A stretch of DNA of 64,000 nucleotides. It comes from an uncultured Chloroflexia bacterium (GTDB lineage Bacteria > Chloroflexota > Limnocylindria > Limnocylindrales > CSP1-4). Position 1 is the first letter of the stretch. Each line of letters begins with the position of its first letter. The position numbers and the translations under genes were made by a program. Below the pieces are notes generated by a model. That model saw only the letters and a program-made list of their open reading frames with translations, was not told the DNA's origin and searched no databases. This document shows, one piece after another, positions 20,366 through 30,323 of the stretch. The DNA is taken from the NCBI GenBank assembly GCA_963809375.1, contig CAWEJO010000002.1, forward strand, positions 31,072 through 95,071. Direction: 5' to 3'.

Positions 20366-20530
20366 ATGGCGATCACGGCGACCGATACGGATTGTATCGC
20401 CCCAGTCATTGACCACCGAAGCGCAAAAGGCTTCGCTACGCAAGGAACTCCAGGTGGCGGCCGCCGTCTCCGGGGACCCCTCTCGCAAGGAGGGGACGGG
20501 AAGGCCGGACCTCCAAGGACGGGTTCTTGA
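20366..20530 (+). CDS. Possible 54-aa leader ORF coupled to the regulator
   Basis: GGAG/GAGG SD before ATG 20366; TGA overlaps the downstream TTG (TTGA). Confidence 0.3.
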   Translation: MAITATDTDCIAPVIDHRSAKGFATQGTPGGGRRLRGPLSQGGDGKAGPPRTGS

Positions 20531-21504
20531 ACGCGAGCGACGACCGGGGCGCTCAGGGGGGATCCCCGGTCGCCCGCCGCGGATCGACGGCGCGCGGCGA
20601 CGCTTCCGGGGACGCGCCCGGGGGCATCAGCGCGCTTGACACCGCGGGCCTCCTCCCGGATGGCAGCTGGCGGTCCCTGCTGCGCGAGGAACGGCTTCGC
20701 CTCGGCCTGACCCAGGCTGCCCTCGCCCGGCTCGTGAACATCGCCGAGATCACGCTCCGCAAGTACGAAGGCGGGGCGCGGATGCCGAGCCGCGAGATGC
20801 TGGGCCGGATCCTCGTCGCGCTCCAGGTTCCCCAGGAGCGGGCCGGCCTCCTCATGGAGCGGGCCGGCTATACGCGGCTCGACCGGATGACCCCGACGGC
20901 CCACCCGACGTTCTACTACACGCTCGAGGAGGCGCGCACCGCCATCGAGCGGGTCGCCTGGCCACGCTTCGTCGCGAACAACGCGATGGAGGTGGTGGCC
21001 ATCAACCGCGCGATCAGGGACCTGTGCCAGTTCGATCTCGAGCGCGAGCGCCGCCGGCGCCGCCGGCCCCAGCTCCACTTCCTGAGCCTGATCGCGGAGC
21101 GCTGGTTTCGCGATCACGTCACCAACATCGACGAGGTGCTGGCGACCGTGATCTCGGTCCTCAAGGGCGTCCCGCGGGGCGGCGCGCGCCTCGACGGGCC
21201 CAACCCGCTCATCCAGGCGGTGCTCGACGAGTTCGCGACGGCCAATCCTGGCGCCGTTGCGCTCCTGCTCCGCATGTGGGAGGAAGTCCCCGCGATGGAC
21301 TCCAAGGTCCAGTGGACCTACCCGCTCACCTGGGACGAGCCCGGCATCGGCCAGATCCACTTCCACTGTCTCGTGACCGATGCCGGCGAGACCGACGCCC
21401 TGGCGTTCAACGACTGGATCCCGGCCGACGCGGCGAGCCACCTGCTCCTCGAGCGAGCCCTCGAGCGGCGACGACGCCCCGCGGGCACGTCGCCCGTGCC
21501 ATGA
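20527..21504 (+). CDS. XRE-HTH regulator with MmyB-like PAS ligand-binding domain
   Basis: LREERLRLGLTQAALARLVNIAEITLRKYEGGARMPS; then WPRFVANNAMEVVAINRA; start uncertain. Confidence 0.8.
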   Translation: MNASDDRGAQGGSPVARRGSTARGDASGDAPGGISALDTAGLLPDGSWRSLLREERLRLGLTQAALARLVNIAEITLRKYEGGARMPSREMLGRILVALQVPQERAGLLMERAGYTRLDRMTPTAHPTFYYTLEEARTAIERVAWPRFVANNAMEVVAINRAIRDLCQFDLERERRRRRRPQLHFLSLIAERWFRDHVTNIDEVLATVISVLKGVPRGGARLDGPNPLIQAVLDEFATANPGAVALLLRMWEEVPAMDSKVQWTYPLTWDEPGIGQIHFHCLVTDAGETDALAFNDWIPADAASHLLLERALERRRRPAGTSPVP

Positions 21505-21676
21505 TCGAGGGCGCGGGAGCCACCCTGCCGATGCGCACTTGACGCGCGGCGCTTCCGTCGCTTGTGATGGCTCCGCGGCGTCTGCGCCACGGCTGCCGCC
21601 AGCCAGCCCGGGGCGGTCCTGCCGGGCACCGAGAAACCGCGGCCGGGTGCCGGCGGCGGGGGGAGAGGTCGAGACG

Positions 21677-24031
21677 ATGGTCGGGCGGTCGCGGTTCCGC
21701 GGCGCGATGGTCGCGCTTGCCACGACGAGTGTCGCACTGCTCGGGATCGCCGGCCCGGCCGCGGCTGCGAGTCCCTCGTTCCCGCTCGAGCGACCGATCC
21801 GCGCGACCAGCGTGCAACCGGTGGTCGCCGCCCCGATCGCGGTCGGGCCGGACCACACCTGTGCCGTCGTTCGCGGTGGCGTCGAGTGCTGGGGCGTCAA
21901 CACCCAGGGCCAGCTCGGTGACGGAACCCGGGTCGGCCGCGCCGCGCCGGCTCCGGTCCTGGTTGCGCCCGGCGGCGCGCCCCTGGCGGGCGTCGCCGGG
22001 ATCGCTGCGGGGTCGGGGTTCACCTGCGCGCTGCTGGCTGCGGGCGGCGTCGTCTGCTGGGGCGCCGGCGGCGTCGGCCAGCTCGGCAACGGCCGCCACG
22101 CCGCAAGCGCGGTGCCCGTGCCGGTCAGCGGAGTCACGACCGCGACGTCGGTGAGCGCGGGGACCTCGCACGCCTGCGTTGCACTTGCCTCGGGCGGGGT
22201 CGCCTGCTGGGGCCGCAATCGGCACGGCCAGCTTGGCGACGGCACGACTCGCGATCGTTCGACGCCCGTGCTGGTCCACCGGATCTCCAACGTGCAGCTC
22301 GTCGCCGCCGGCGGCGCGCACACGTGCGCGACCTACGGTCCCGCACGACAGCTGAAGTGCTGGGGCCTCAACTCGATGGGCGAGCTCGGCACCGGGACCT
22401 TCCGCGAGTGGCACCATCCAGTGGCCGTCCGGAACCTCTCGAACGTGACGGCGCTGGCGGCCGGGGATGCGCACACGTGCGCGGCCGCCGCGTTCAACGA
22501 CTTCTTCGGCGTCTACACGCTGCTGTTCTGCTGGGGCAGCAACACGGCCGGACAGGCGGATCCCAGCTCCCGGGCGCGGCGTATTCCGCAGGCTGCGCCG
22601 CTCCTGTCGGTCTTCGACCTCCGGAGCCTCTCCGCCGGCGGCGCGCACACCTGCGTCGTGTGGGGCGAGGGAACCGCCTGCTGGGGCGCGAACCGCTCCG
22701 GCCAGGTCGGCGACGGCTCGCGCTCGGCGACGGCCATGAGCCGCGGGCCGCAGCTCGGGATGGTCGCGTCGATCGCGGCCGGCGGCGCCACGTCCTGCGC
22801 CTACGATACGAACGCGGCATACGACGCGGTCGTCTGGTGCTGGGGCGAGAACGGCGCCGGCCAGGTCGGCGACGGGACGCGGACCGACCGGTCGCGCCCG
22901 ACGATCGCGCTTCGGGTGACGCCCGAGCCAGCCCTCACCCGCCTGGCCGGGGCCACCGGGCTCGCCGCCGGGAGCTACCAGTCGTGCGCGATCGTCGCCG
23001 GCGGGACCGTGCGTTGCTGGGGCGACAACAGCGTCGGCGAGCTCGGCGATTCGACCGCCGACGCCCGCGCGGTGGCGGTCCGGGTGCGCCGGCTCAGCGG
23101 CGCCGAGACGATCGCCGCCGGCATGGCCCACACCTGCGTGATCGCGGCGACCGGCGACGTCCTGTGCTGGGGCTACAACTTCTCCGGGCAGATCGGGGAC
23201 GGGACGACCAACCACCGCCCGACACCCGTGAAGGTCCATGACCTCGGCGCGGTGACCTCGATCGCCGGCGGCGTCGAGCACACCTGCGCCGTGCTCGCTG
23301 ACTCGACTGTGAAGTGCTGGGGCCTCAACGACGATGCCCAGCTTGGCGACGGGACGATCAAGGAGCGGACGACCCCCGTCGCGGTCGCCGGGCTGACCGG
23401 GGTGACCCAGGTCGCACCCGGGCGAACCTTCACCTGTGCGCTGCGTGGCGATGGCAGCGTGTGGTGCTGGGGCAGCAACGACAACGGGCAGCTCGGCGAC
23501 GGGACGTTCGTTCACCATCGAGCCCCGGCCCAGGTCACCGGCGTCGCGGGCGCCACGGCGATCGCCGCGAGCTCGACCGGCTACGCCTGCGCGCTGCTCG
23601 GCGACGGCAGGGTGACCTGCTGGGGCCTCGGCGCTCCGGGGCGGCCGGCCCCCACCGGACCGTTCAGCCCCCTCCCGGCGGATCCGGAGGCCGCCCCACC
23701 GCCCTTCACCGTGGACGGCGTCATGGGGGCGCGCCAGCTGGGGGTGGGGGCCGCCCACGCATGCGCGCTGCTCGCCGACGCCACCGTCACCTGCTGGGGC
23801 GCGAACGACATCGGCCAGCTCGGCGACGGCACGCTCGAGTCGCGCGAGGGGCCCGTGCCGGTCGCCGGCCTGGCTGGCGTCGCGACGCTCGCCGTCGGCG
23901 ACACGCACGCCTGCGCGACCCTCGCCGGCTCCGGCGCGGTCACGTGCTGGGGGGCGGGGACGCTGTGGCAGCTGGGAAATGGGCTCGTCGTCGACAGCGC
24001 GGCTCCCGCGGCCGTGCTCCTCGGGCCGTAG
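21677..24031 (+). CDS. Secreted RCC1/BLIP-II repeat beta-propeller protein
   Basis: Signal peptide ending PAAA; about 14 HTCA...CWGxNxxGQLGDGT repeats. Confidence 0.92.
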   Translation: MVGRSRFRGAMVALATTSVALLGIAGPAAAASPSFPLERPIRATSVQPVVAAPIAVGPDHTCAVVRGGVECWGVNTQGQLGDGTRVGRAAPAPVLVAPGGAPLAGVAGIAAGSGFTCALLAAGGVVCWGAGGVGQLGNGRHAASAVPVPVSGVTTATSVSAGTSHACVALASGGVACWGRNRHGQLGDGTTRDRSTPVLVHRISNVQLVAAGGAHTCATYGPARQLKCWGLNSMGELGTGTFREWHHPVAVRNLSNVTALAAGDAHTCAAAAFNDFFGVYTLLFCWGSNTAGQADPSSRARRIPQAAPLLSVFDLRSLSAGGAHTCVVWGEGTACWGANRSGQVGDGSRSATAMSRGPQLGMVASIAAGGATSCAYDTNAAYDAVVWCWGENGAGQVGDGTRTDRSRPTIALRVTPEPALTRLAGATGLAAGSYQSCAIVAGGTVRCWGDNSVGELGDSTADARAVAVRVRRLSGAETIAAGMAHTCVIAATGDVLCWGYNFSGQIGDGTTNHRPTPVKVHDLGAVTSIAGGVEHTCAVLADSTVKCWGLNDDAQLGDGTIKERTTPVAVAGLTGVTQVAPGRTFTCALRGDGSVWCWGSNDNGQLGDGTFVHHRAPAQVTGVAGATAIAASSTGYACALLGDGRVTCWGLGAPGRPAPTGPFSPLPADPEAAPPPFTVDGVMGARQLGVGAAHACALLADATVTCWGANDIGQLGDGTLESREGPVPVAGLAGVATLAVGDTHACATLAGSGAVTCWGAGTLWQLGNGLVVDSAAPAAVLLGP

Positions 24032-24170
24032 CCGCGCGTCGCACGGCGGCGCGCGAGAACGCGAAATCGCCTACATTCCGGAGTGCGCAGCGCGGGCGTC
24101 ACGGCGGCCGTGTCGCCGGATCCACCGGCGTCCCCGCGGCGGCGCACTCCTCCGGAGGCAAGGGGCACCC

Positions 24171-26721
24171 GTGGTCGCGAATACGCTCAACGCCCCTCGC
24201 CGCGCGGCCGGCGTGCGCACGCGGCTCCTGATTCCCGCAGCCATCCTCCTCGTCGCCGTGTCCGCCCTTGCCCCGGCGGGCTCGCTGGCGACGAATCCGG
24301 TGCGCGGCGACACCGGTGCCGGGGCGTCGGGCGACGCGGTCCGCACGGTGGTGTCCCGGCCGGGCGACGGCGTGGCGGCCGTGACCGTGCCAGGCGGGTC
24401 GCAGCCCCGGGCCCAGCCGGCGCTGGCCAGCGGGAGCGCCGTCGCGCGCACGAGCCGCTTCCTCGTCCGATGGTCGGCCGATGCCCCGCCGGTCGGTGCT
24501 GACGGCGCCGCGGGCGGCGTGACCCGGACGCAGGCCCGCTCGATCGGCCGCCAGGCAGTCCTGCCGGGACGCCTCGCGTCGCTCCGCGGCGCCACCGGCG
24601 CCGCCCCGCGGTTCGTCCGCGTCACCACCACCGGCGCCGCGATCTACGACCAGGGGTCGCCGCTCGGGGCGGGCGCGGCGGCCACCCTCGCGCGGATCGC
24701 CGCGCTGCCCGGCGTCGCCTCCGTCGAGCCGGACCCGTGGTACACGATCGACGCGGCGACGCTTCCGAACGATCCTCGACGCGCCGAGACTGTGGGGCCT
24801 CATCGGGCCGCTGTTCGGCGGCCGGTTCGGGATCGATGCGCTCGACGCCTGGCCGACCCGCGGCGCCGGGGTCACGGTCGCCGTCCTCGACACCGGGATC
24901 GTCGAACATGAGGACCTCGCTGGGGTGACCGTCCCGGGTCTTGGCTACGACATGGTGAGCGACCCGGTCACGGCGGGCGACGGCGACGGCCGCGACGGCG
25001 ACCCGCACGACCCGGGGGACTGGTGCCCCGCCTTCGGCGATCCCTCTTCGTGGCATGGGTCCCACGTGGCCGGCACGATCGCGGCGATCCCCGGCAACGG
25101 AATCGGCGTGTTCGGAGCCGCGCCCGACGCGCGGATCGAGGTCGTCCGGGTGCTCGGCCACTGCGGCGGGTTCGCGTCCGACGTCGCCGACGCGATCCGC
25201 TGGGCCGCCGGCGGCAGCGTGGTCGACGCGCCGGCGAACCCGAACCCGGCCCGCGTCATCAACCTGTCGCTCGGGGGGCCCGGCGCATGCGAGCCGTTCA
25301 TGGCGGCGGCGATCGCCGACGCGCGGGCGCACGGCGCGGTGGTGGTCGTCGCGGCCGGCAACGAGTCGGTCGATGCGTCGCTCGCTTCGCCCGGCAACTG
25401 CCCCGGAGCGTTCACCGTCGCCGCAGTCGATCGGGACGGCAGCCAGGCAGGCTTCTCGAACTACGGACCCATGGTCGACATCGCGGCGCCCGGGGTCGGC
25501 ATCTGGAGCACGATCGACAGTGGCACGACTGTCCCGGTCGGCCCGACGTACTTCGACTACGACGGCACCTCGATGGCAGCCCCGCACGTGGCCGCGGTCG
25601 CCGCGCTCGTGCTGTCCGCGCAGCCCGGGCTGACCCCGGCCGAGGTCGAGACGTTGATCCGGGGGACCGCGACCCCGTTCCCGCGATCCGCCGCCGCGCC
25701 ATGCGCGGTCGGACGATGCGGCGCCGGCATCGCGAACGCGGCCGCCGCCGTGGCTGCCATCACGGACGCTTCGGCGCCGGTCGGCGACTTCTCCTTCGCG
25801 GGCCTGGCCGGCGCGGCGCCCCAGGCTCCCGACCCGAGCGTCCGGCTCTCGCTGGTCGCCAGCGACCCGCAGTCGGGCGTCGCCGAGGTCGAGATCTCGA
25901 ACGACGGCACGAACTGGAGGCGGTACCCCGCCACGACTTCCGTCGCCTGGAGCCTCGTCGACCCGGCATTCGGCGGCTCGCCCGATCCCGGTCCCCGGAT
26001 CGTCGAGGTCCGCTGGAGGAACGGCGCCGGCCTGGTGTCCGCGGCCGTGACCCGGGCGATCGAGTACATCGCGGCGCCCCGGGCCAGCCTGACGCCCCTC
26101 GAGCCGTGGAGCCGGAGCCGGTCGCTGGCGGTCGCATGGTCCGCGACACCCCGCGTCGGCACGGCCAAGGTCGCCAGCTTCGACGTGCGCTACCGGCGTG
26201 CGCCCTGGAACGGCGGCTTCGGGGCGTGGCGCGCGTGGCAGGCTTCGACGACGAAGGCCCGGAGCGCGTTCCGCGGCGAGCCCGGATCGACGTACTGCTT
26301 CGCCGTGCGGGCGACCGACGATCGGAACGCCGTCTCGTCGTGGTCGAGCACCTCCTGTACGGCGACCCCGCTCGACGATCGAGCGCTCGCCCGGCGCGGC
26401 GGCTGGTCAAGCCTCCGCTCGGCGGCCTACTACGGCGGGACCTACGTGGTGGCGCGCAAGCAGGGCGCGACGCTCACCCGGACGGGCATCGTGGCGCGCC
26501 GGATCGCGATCATGGCAACGACCTGCCCGAAGTGCGGTGCGGTCAGCGTGCGCTTCGGGGGGACGGTCGTGCGGCGCATCAGCCTCACGAGCCCCACGAT
26601 CCAGCATCGCCTGGTCGTCGTCGCGACATTCGCCGCCGGCCGACGCGGAACGCTCGAGATCCGGGTCACGAGCCGGCTGCGGCCCGTGATCGTCGACGCG
26701 ATCCTGGTCGGCCGGGACTGA
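24171..26721 (+). CDS. Secreted S8 subtilisin-like peptidase with FN3-like C-terminus (frameshift at about 24789)
   Basis: Signal peptide and prodomain; triad VLDTG / HGSHVAGTIAA / GTSMAAPHVA; PGSTYCFAVRATD. Confidence 0.9.
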
Positions 26722-26765
26722 CGCCGCGGGAGCGACGGCAGCTTCTGACGCCGCGGGAGCGACGG
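26718..26765. repeat. 21-bp direct repeat at the S8 stop (period 27)
   Basis: ctgacgccgcgggagcgacgg at 26718 and 26745. Confidence 0.85.
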
Positions 26766-26847
26766 TCGGGAGCGCTGGATCGGGCTCGCCCGCCGAGGCC
26801 TGCCCAGCCGGTCGCGGCGGCGCCAGCGCCGCCGGGGCGGCGATCGG

Positions 26848-27873
26848 TCATCGGCGGCGCATCTCGTCCACGCCCCCGTAGAGGCCGAGGAAGGCGTCGA
26901 TGACGTCCGGATCCCACTGGCTCGCACGGCCGGCCCGGAGGACCTCGAACGCGCGCTCCGGGGTCGTGCCGTCCCGGTAGGGGCGATCGGTCGTCAGCGC
27001 ATCGAACGTGTCGGCCACCGCGACGATCCGGGCCGCGAAGGGGATCGCCTCCGCCTTCAGGCCGTACGGGTAGCCGGTCCCGTCCCACCGCTCGTGGTGG
27101 TGGAGGATGGTCAGGACCGGGTCAGCGTGCATCTGGAGCGGCCGCACGATCTCGGCGCCTCGCTCCGGGTGGATCTTGATGACCTCGAACTCGGCCTGCG
27201 TCAGGGGACCCGGCTTCAGGAGCACGGCGTCCGGGATGGCGATCTTGCCGAGATCGTGGAGCAGCCCGCCGAGGCGCACGGATTCGACGGCGGTCCCGGT
27301 CAGGCCCAGCGAGGTCGCCGTATTGACGGCCCGTTCGGCCACTCGGAAGAGATGCTGCTCGGTGTAGTGGTCGCGCGCCTCGACGGTGCGGGCGAGCGCG
27401 ATCAGGACGGCCTCGGCATCGACGAGCGAGTCGGTCATCCGCTTGGTGCGCAGGAGCGAGCGCACGCGCAGGAGCAGCGCCTCGGAATCGAACGGCTTGC
27501 GGAAGAACTCGTCGGATCCGGCCTCGATCGCGGCGTGGACGTCCTGGGCCTCGACGAGCGAGGTGACGTGGACCACCGGGAGCAGGCGGTGGCGCGGGTT
27601 GGCCTTGATCCGCCGGCAGATCTCGATCCCGTTCATGCCGGGCATCGTGATGTCCAGGATCAGGAGGGCAGGGTCCTCCCGGTCGACGAGCGGCAGCACC
27701 TCGTCGCCGTGCTCCGCCTGCACAACCCGGTACCGGTCGCGTTCGAGGATCCGGGTGAGCAGCGTGCGCACGCTCTCCTCGTCGTCGGCCACGAGGATCG
27801 TCGGCGGACCATCGTCTGCGCGATGGGCGCGCAGCCACGGATTGGCCGGCGTCGCGGCGGGACCGTCGGTCAT
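26848..27873 (-). CDS. Response regulator with HD-GYP phosphodiesterase domain (RpfG-like)
   Basis: ILVADD, LILDITMPGMNG, FRKPF; LLHDLGK, HHHERWDGTGYP, VADTFDALTTDRPY. Confidence 0.95.
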   Translation of the reverse strand: MTDGPAATPANPWLRAHRADDGPPTILVADDEESVRTLLTRILERDRYRVVQAEHGDEVLPLVDREDPALLILDITMPGMNGIEICRRIKANPRHRLLPVVHVTSLVEAQDVHAAIEAGSDEFFRKPFDSEALLLRVRSLLRTKRMTDSLVDAEAVLIALARTVEARDHYTEQHLFRVAERAVNTATSLGLTGTAVESVRLGGLLHDLGKIAIPDAVLLKPGPLTQAEFEVIKIHPERGAEIVRPLQMHADPVLTILHHHERWDGTGYPYGLKAEAIPFAARIVAVADTFDALTTDRPYRDGTTPERAFEVLRAGRASQWDPDVIDAFLGLYGGVDEMRRR

Positions 27874-27895
27874 CTCCGCCCTCCCATGCCGGCCA

Positions 27896-28858
27896 TCATG
27901 CGTCATGCCGCCCTTCGCGCGCCACGATCCCGAAGAATCGCCGCGTGTGCGTCGCGACGGCCGCGACCGCGATCCCGGGATCGCGGCGCAGGGCCGTCGT
28001 CCCTGCCGCGACTCGAACCCTGAACGCCGGCAGGGCCCGCCGCCACGTCGCCAGGCGGAGGAACGCGAACGGGTCAGGCTTGCGCCAGAGCCACGGCACG
28101 AGCACCCACAGGTAGGCCAGGTAGTCGAAGCGGGGCGGCCGGGGAATCGCGAACAGGACCTGCAGCTGGACCATCGTGAGCGGCAGGGTGAGGACCGTCA
28201 GGAGCGCCGCGACCGCGAGCATCACGACGCCGTAGAAGCGGGCGCGCGGCGCGAGGAGGGGCAGGAAGACGATCGGCAGCCACTTCATGGCGGTCGTGAG
28301 CGCCCACAGGAATCCCGCCAGGCGGGGGCCCGCGAACTGGGCACCCCACAGCAAGAGCACCATCGGGATGTTGATGTTGCCGGTGTCGAGGTTGGCGAAG
28401 ATCGGGAACGCGAGCACGAATGCGAACACCGCCGTGGCCAGCGGGCGCCGGCGGTATGCCCAGGCCACGGTCCACAGGAGCCCCACGAGGGTCGCTCCGC
28501 GCCAGACGAACCAGGCGATGTCGATCGGCAGCAGGGCCCACGGCAGGAAGAACGGGAGCAGCCAGGGCGCGTAGACGTACGGCATGAACGGGCCGGTCGG
28601 GTGGTACGGGTCGCCGGCGTTGAGCCAGATGCGGACCGCTGCCCAGTAGGCCCGCGCGTCACCCCCACCGAGCTCGCCGCGGGCCCACATGCCGGCCAGC
28701 CCGATTCCGCCGGCGAATGCGAGCAGCGCGATCGCCACGATTCGCTCGGGGCTCCGGAGGCGGGACGCCTCGCGACGCAGCGCCCGGCGGAACACGCCCG
28801 CGCGACGGCGCGCCTGGCGCCTGGCCGTGGTGGTCCAGACAGGTCCGATCGATGCCAT
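27896..28858 (-). CDS. Glycosyltransferase family 87 (GT-C) membrane protein
   Basis: GDARAYWAA...GDPY...YVYAPW, NLDTGNIN, AMKWLP. Confidence 0.8.
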   Translation of the reverse strand: MASIGPVWTTTARRQARRRAGVFRRALRREASRLRSPERIVAIALLAFAGGIGLAGMWARGELGGGDARAYWAAVRIWLNAGDPYHPTGPFMPYVYAPWLLPFFLPWALLPIDIAWFVWRGATLVGLLWTVAWAYRRRPLATAVFAFVLAFPIFANLDTGNINIPMVLLLWGAQFAGPRLAGFLWALTTAMKWLPIVFLPLLAPRARFYGVVMLAVAALLTVLTLPLTMVQLQVLFAIPRPPRFDYLAYLWVLVPWLWRKPDPFAFLRLATWRRALPAFRVRVAAGTTALRRDPGIAVAAVATHTRRFFGIVAREGRHDA

Positions 28859-28980
28859 GCGCCCGGAGTATTGCACCGCCGCGGGCGGACGCCGGGCGGG
28901 TGTGCGCAGGCGACCGCCGAGGGCTGGAATCCGCAGGAGGCAACGTTTCACGGCGGACGGGCGCCGTGTACGCTCGGTCC

Positions 28981-30321
28981 GTGCACGACCTCTCCCTCGA
29001 TGCCGTCCGGGTCTTCGCCGGACTGACCCTCGCCGCGGCGCTGGTCGCGCTGCTCGCGGCGCGCCTCCGCGTGCCCGCCGCCGTCGGCCTCCTCCTGCTC
29101 GGCCTCGCGGTCGGCGCCCTGCTGCCGGCGGGGACGCTCGTCGTCACGCCCGACCTGGTGCTGGCGGTCCTCCTGCCTGGCCTCGTCTTCGACGCAGCGT
29201 TCCGCACGCACGTCGACCCGTTCCGGTGGGCGAGGGCGCGCATCCTCGTGCTCGTCGTCCCGGGTGTCCTGATCACGGCCGTCGTCGTGGCGGCGGTCCT
29301 CTGGCTCGCGGCGGGCGTCGCCTTCACCTCGGGCATCGTCGTCGGCGCGATGGTCGCCGCCACCGACCCGGCGGCCGTGATCGACACCTTCCGGCGGTCC
29401 CCGGCTCCCGCCCGCCTGCGGACGCTCGTCGAGGGCGAGAGCCTCTTCAACGACGGCACCGGGCTCGTCCTGTTCGCGATCGTCCTGCGACTCGCTGGCC
29501 AGGACGTCGGCGTGCCCGAGATGGCCGGCCGGTTCGTCGCCGCGCTCGTGATCTCGGTGCTCGTCGGCGCGGCGATCGCGTGGCTCGCGATCCGGCTGCA
29601 TCACCTGATCGACGACCACCTCGTCGAGGGGGTGATGACCGTGGCGGCTGCCTACGGGGCGTTCGTGGTCGCCGACTTCGTGGGTTCATCGGGGCTGCTC
29701 GCGACCGCCGTGGCCGGGCTCCTGATCGGGAGCCGGGGGCGCAGGACGGCGATCTCGGCAGCGTCCGCCGAGGCACTGGATCTCGCCTGGGAGGTGGTCG
29801 CGTTCATCCTCACGGCGCTGACCTTCGTCCTCGTCGGAACCGCGATCCCGGTCGGAACGCTCTCGGCCGATGCCGGGCCGATCGCAGCCGGCATCCTGGC
29901 CGTGGCCCTGGCCCGCCTGATCGTCGTCTACGGCCTGCTCGGCGCGGGCGGGTGGCTCCTGCGGCGCGTCAGCGCGCGACGGCAGGCTGGGATCGCCCGG
30001 CCGGCGCCGGATGATCTCCCGGCCGGCTGGCTGCACGTCCTGTACCTGGCCGGCATCCGGGGCGCGGTCACGGTCGCCCTCGCGCTCGCGGTGCCCCTCG
30101 ACTTCCCGGACCGCCAGCTGATCCAGGCCGTCACCCTCGGGATCGTGGTCGTGACGATGCTTGTGCTCGGGTTGGCGGCGGGCCCGCTCGTCCCTCGCCT
30201 GTTGCGGGCGGAACCGGTTGTGCCGGACTGGCCGCCCACCGACGGCGCGGCCGCGGACCCGGACCTCGCGGAGTCCATCGCCGAGACGGATGTCGTGCCG
30301 GTCGACCCCGAGGAGGCCTGA
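28981..30321 (+). CDS. CPA1 family Na+/H+ antiporter (NhaP-like)
   Basis: LLPGLVFDAA, ATDPAAV, VEGESLFNDGTG, GIRGAVTVALAL. Confidence 0.93.
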   Translation: MHDLSLDAVRVFAGLTLAAALVALLAARLRVPAAVGLLLLGLAVGALLPAGTLVVTPDLVLAVLLPGLVFDAAFRTHVDPFRWARARILVLVVPGVLITAVVVAAVLWLAAGVAFTSGIVVGAMVAATDPAAVIDTFRRSPAPARLRTLVEGESLFNDGTGLVLFAIVLRLAGQDVGVPEMAGRFVAALVISVLVGAAIAWLAIRLHHLIDDHLVEGVMTVAAAYGAFVVADFVGSSGLLATAVAGLLIGSRGRRTAISAASAEALDLAWEVVAFILTALTFVLVGTAIPVGTLSADAGPIAAGILAVALARLIVVYGLLGAGGWLLRRVSARRQAGIARPAPDDLPAGWLHVLYLAGIRGAVTVALALAVPLDFPDRQLIQAVTLGIVVVTMLVLGLAAGPLVPRLLRAEPVVPDWPPTDGAAADPDLAESIAETDVVPVDPEEA

Positions 30322-30323
30322 AG

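Noticed and set aside
20470-20525. c-di-GMP-I riboswitch-like stem (CCCCTCTC-GCAA-GGAGGGG-ACGGGAAG)
   Set aside because: Lacks the GGCAAA/ACGCAAAG core and a closing P1; kept only as a generic structured leader
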